From Eledone cirrhosa (lineage: Eukaryota), in contig CAXHJY010000382.1 in NCBI GenBank assembly GCA_964016885.1, forward strand, positions 1-20,299: 20,299 nt of DNA, in the 5' to 3' direction. Positions 17,438 through 20,299 of this stretch are shown here, one piece after another. The translations under genes were made by a program, and so were the position numbers. Below the pieces are notes generated by a model. It was not told the origin of the DNA and ran no database searches. It saw nothing but the letters and a program-made list of their open reading frames with translations. Numbering within the stretch: position 1 is the first letter of the stretch; the number at the start of each line of letters is the position of its first letter.

Positions 17438-18625
17438 ATGGCTAACCAGCAAAAATCCAAACAGAACTGGTCTGATAATGAAATCGACATTCTAATAAAC
17501 ACATGGCATTGCCTTTCCCAAACAGAAGACATACATGCTTCATCTCTGAACGACATTGCTAAACGTACAGTTCAATTTTTGAAAACTCGATCTGAACAAC
17601 AGATTCAAAATAAATTAAAGCAAATCGAAATTGCTTTTAAATTAATCAATACACATTTGGATAAACTACGGTGTGTTTTCTCTTCGAATGCTGTCCAGCA
17701 GCAGCAACAACAACAACAGAAGCTACAACAGCAACAACAACAACAGCTACAACAACAACATCAACAACAGCTACAACAACAGCTACAACAACAACATCAA
17801 CAACAGCAACAACAACAACAACGACAACACCAGTGTGAACCACTCCTTGATTCATCAACAATGGCCGATCTACTAAATGAAAATATTGACCCCCCAGTAG
17901 CCTCTGTCTCACAGCATGAAACGCCACATCCTTTCTCTGGCCCAGCAGTCCAATCATCACCACTGCCAACATCTCTGCCTACTACTACTACTACTACTAC
18001 AACATTTTTGTCTACTGCTATGTCAAGGAATTTACCTTCTAATACCAGAACAAGAACTCTCCCTCCCACAGTCCACAAAGGTCGTCAAATCCTACCCAAA
18101 CCATCATCTACACCTCTCACAACACACACACCCACATACCCACCCACTCGAAACCCCATCATTTGCCGCTACTCTCTACGCTAAAGAATATGTACGGATA
18201 GTGGCTGCAAATTCACCCATTTACCTAGGACAAAACGATCTATCCCCACAAACAGCCACCACCATAATACATACTCTAATTTAACACCAACACAACCACC
18301 AATAACTCAAACAAGGAATCCACAAATCTGCCGTTTTTCCCTGCGAGACAGATTGTGTTTAGACCGGGATTGTCCCTTTACCCATCTCCCGGGGACCCGT
18401 CGGACAAATGAAAATAAAATTAAAAATAAAAGCAAATACAAAAACCATAACCTACATAAAAATAACCACTACCACAGTCACCAACAGTCTTCTAAACAGG
18501 AAACTTCTTCCTCTTTTTTAGCCATAATGAATCTGGCAAAAGAACTGGAAAAAAACATTCGAGCTATCACCCAGCACCACCCTCCACTATCACCCCACTG
18601 CACAAACTCCCATTGCTGCCATTAA
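17438..18625 (+). pseudogene. LINE ORF1: Myb/SANT-like N-terminus, polyQ, Pro/Thr-rich linker, two CCCH zinc fingers; one premature stop
   Basis: WSDNEIDILINTW...RSEQQIQNKLKQI; CRYSLR*RICTDSGCKFTH (18164-18220) and CRFSLRDRLCLDRDCPFTH (18329-18385); track ORFs 17438-18184 and 18353-18625 are in the same frame, separated only by TAA 18182-18184. Confidence 0.8.
17696..17833 (+). repeat. (CAA/CAG)n polyglutamine-coding repeat
   Basis: Directly visible within ORF1. Confidence 0.92.
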
Positions 18626-20299
18626 CAAACAAACAAATTAACAACACACCAAAACAATTAAAACCATCCACTCTCGCCTCTACATTTTTGCTTAACGCCC
18701 AAGGCATCAGCCCTTCCACCAATACTCAAAAATGGAAGATCAAATTCCTGGAGGACTGGATTGATGTCCATCCAAACCACATCCCTTTCTTCGTCCTCAC
18801 TGAAACCCATCTCAGTAACCTCCACTTGGAAGCCGAGGTGAAAGTGAAAAATTTCAAAGCCATCCGTGCTGATCGCGCTGGCAGAAGAAAGGGCGGAACT
18901 GCCATTTATGTCCATAATTCTTTCTCAACAGAGGCTATGAACATATTCACTAATGGATACTGTGAAGCAGTCACTGTATTCAGTCAAACCAACAACCTAT
19001 TAGTAGTTGGGCTCTATAGGCCACCCCAAACGCCTGTACCATGCTTCAAGGAATGCCTCAACAGCATAAAGTGTTTCATCCAAGAGTGTCACCCTGACAA
19101 CATCTTAATGATGGGGGACTTCAACCTCCCCGGAGTTGACTGGTCCACAAACAGCCTGCCACCAGGTTCTTCTGCCTCAACCTCTGACAGGGAAGCTGTG
19201 GAATCGCTTCTTGACTTCATGGATGATTTCTTCCTATCCCAACTGGTGCTCGAACCAACGAGGTGCCACAAAAACGTCCTAGACTTAATTTTCAGCAATC
19301 ACACTGACAATATCCACAATATTGCAGTGGAGAAAACTCTACTCTCTGATCATGACATGGTTCTCTGTGATCTGAGATTCCACCGTCCAATATACAAACC
19401 CAATGTCATCTCTCCTGTCCATCCGTTTGACGCTATGGATTTCCACAATGCAAACTGGGAAGCGATCAGTCATGATCTTGCACATGTCGACTGGTCCTTC
19501 ACGCACACTCATACACCCACTAACATCAAAAAGTCCTGGCAGACATTTGTGGACACTGTTACAAACATATGTGCTAAACACACCCCATTAAGAACTATAA
19601 ACAAATCTAAGAGCAGAATCCCTAGAAATAGAAAAACGCTCATCAGAAAAATTAAGAGAACGAACAAAAAAATCAACAAGCTGAAATACTGTCAGCAGCA
19701 ACACATCAACTTGACTGCCATTTCATCACTAGAGATTAAAAAACATAACCTCCAAAACAACATAATGTCCCTCATCAACAATCAGAGAAGAGCTGAAGAG
19801 GCCTGGGCCATTGAGAAGATCAAACTCAATCCCAAAGTGTTCTTTTCATTTGCAAAAAAACACAAAATCACTGGCTCTACTGTTGGCCCTCTAATTGATG
19901 AAAATGGCACTCTTCAAAACAATGCTAAAACCATGGGTGAGATACTGCAGAAACAATACTGCTCTGTTTTCAGCAATCCTGATATGGCCGATCTGGGCTG
20001 TATCGGCGATGTTACTCCCCATTACACCTTATCGGACATAACGTTTGGCGCCCCTGATATCTTGGCGGCAATAAAGGAAATCAAGCATAATTCAGCAGTA
20101 GGTCCCGATAGGTTCCCTGCTTGTGTCTTGAAGGCGTGTCAACACCAACTTGCATCTCCTCTTGCCAATCTGTGGCGGAACTCACTGAATGCTGGATATG
20201 TGCCAGAAAACCTTCTATCCCAGTCTGCTGTCCCAGTTTTCAAAAAGGAAAACAAATCCCTTGCCGTGAATTACCGTCCAATCTCACTCACCTCTCATA
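18496..20299 (+). CDS. LINE ORF2: APE endonuclease + N-terminal part of reverse transcriptase (3'-partial)
   Basis: Hand translation, open from after TAA 18493-18495 to the window end: LLNAQG, VLTETHL, RADR..RKGGTAIYV, GLYRPP, MGDFNLP, PTR..NVLDLIFSN, SDHDMV, NPKVFFSF, SAVGPD, PVFKK..NYRPISLTSH. Absent from the ORF track because it has no stop in the window. Confidence 0.93.

Larger units (their letters stand above)
16958..20299 (+). mobile_element. CR1-group LINE, apparently 5'-complete, continuing beyond the window
   Basis: ~480 nt 5' UTR starting (GCAGTTG)x3..GGACGTGTTTT, ORF1, overlapping ORF2 with APE and start of RT. Confidence 0.9.

Overview
Eukaryotic (animal; the repeat style suggests a mollusc such as Octopus, which is inference only) DNA with no host gene. 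Roughly 60% is G-interrupted (TA)n microsatellite, and every complex-sequence island is a retroelement inserted in it. The islands are: (i) short head-to-head inverted pseudo-LTR pairs from two Penelope-like element (PLE) families (776-1149; 1864-2756, plus a third copy of one family at 1-86), each arm carrying a minimal type I hammerhead ribozyme; (ii) a 5'-truncated PLE with an uninterrupted RT + GIY-YIG ORF (5658-7301), a long simple-repeat 3' region and a third hammerhead type (9928-9978); (iii) a 0.6 kb non-autonomous RTE derivative with an HDV-like ribozyme core; (iv) a 5'-truncated CR1-group LINE and the 5' part of a near-intact CR1-group LINE (ORF1 Myb/SANT-like + polyQ + 2 CCCH fingers; ORF2 APE-RT, missing from the ORF track). 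Highlights are five hammerheads of three designs (one with a compensatory U3-A8 core), a likely -1 frameshift between LINE ORF1 and ORF2, and strongly strand-polarised microsatellites with two sharp polarity switches.
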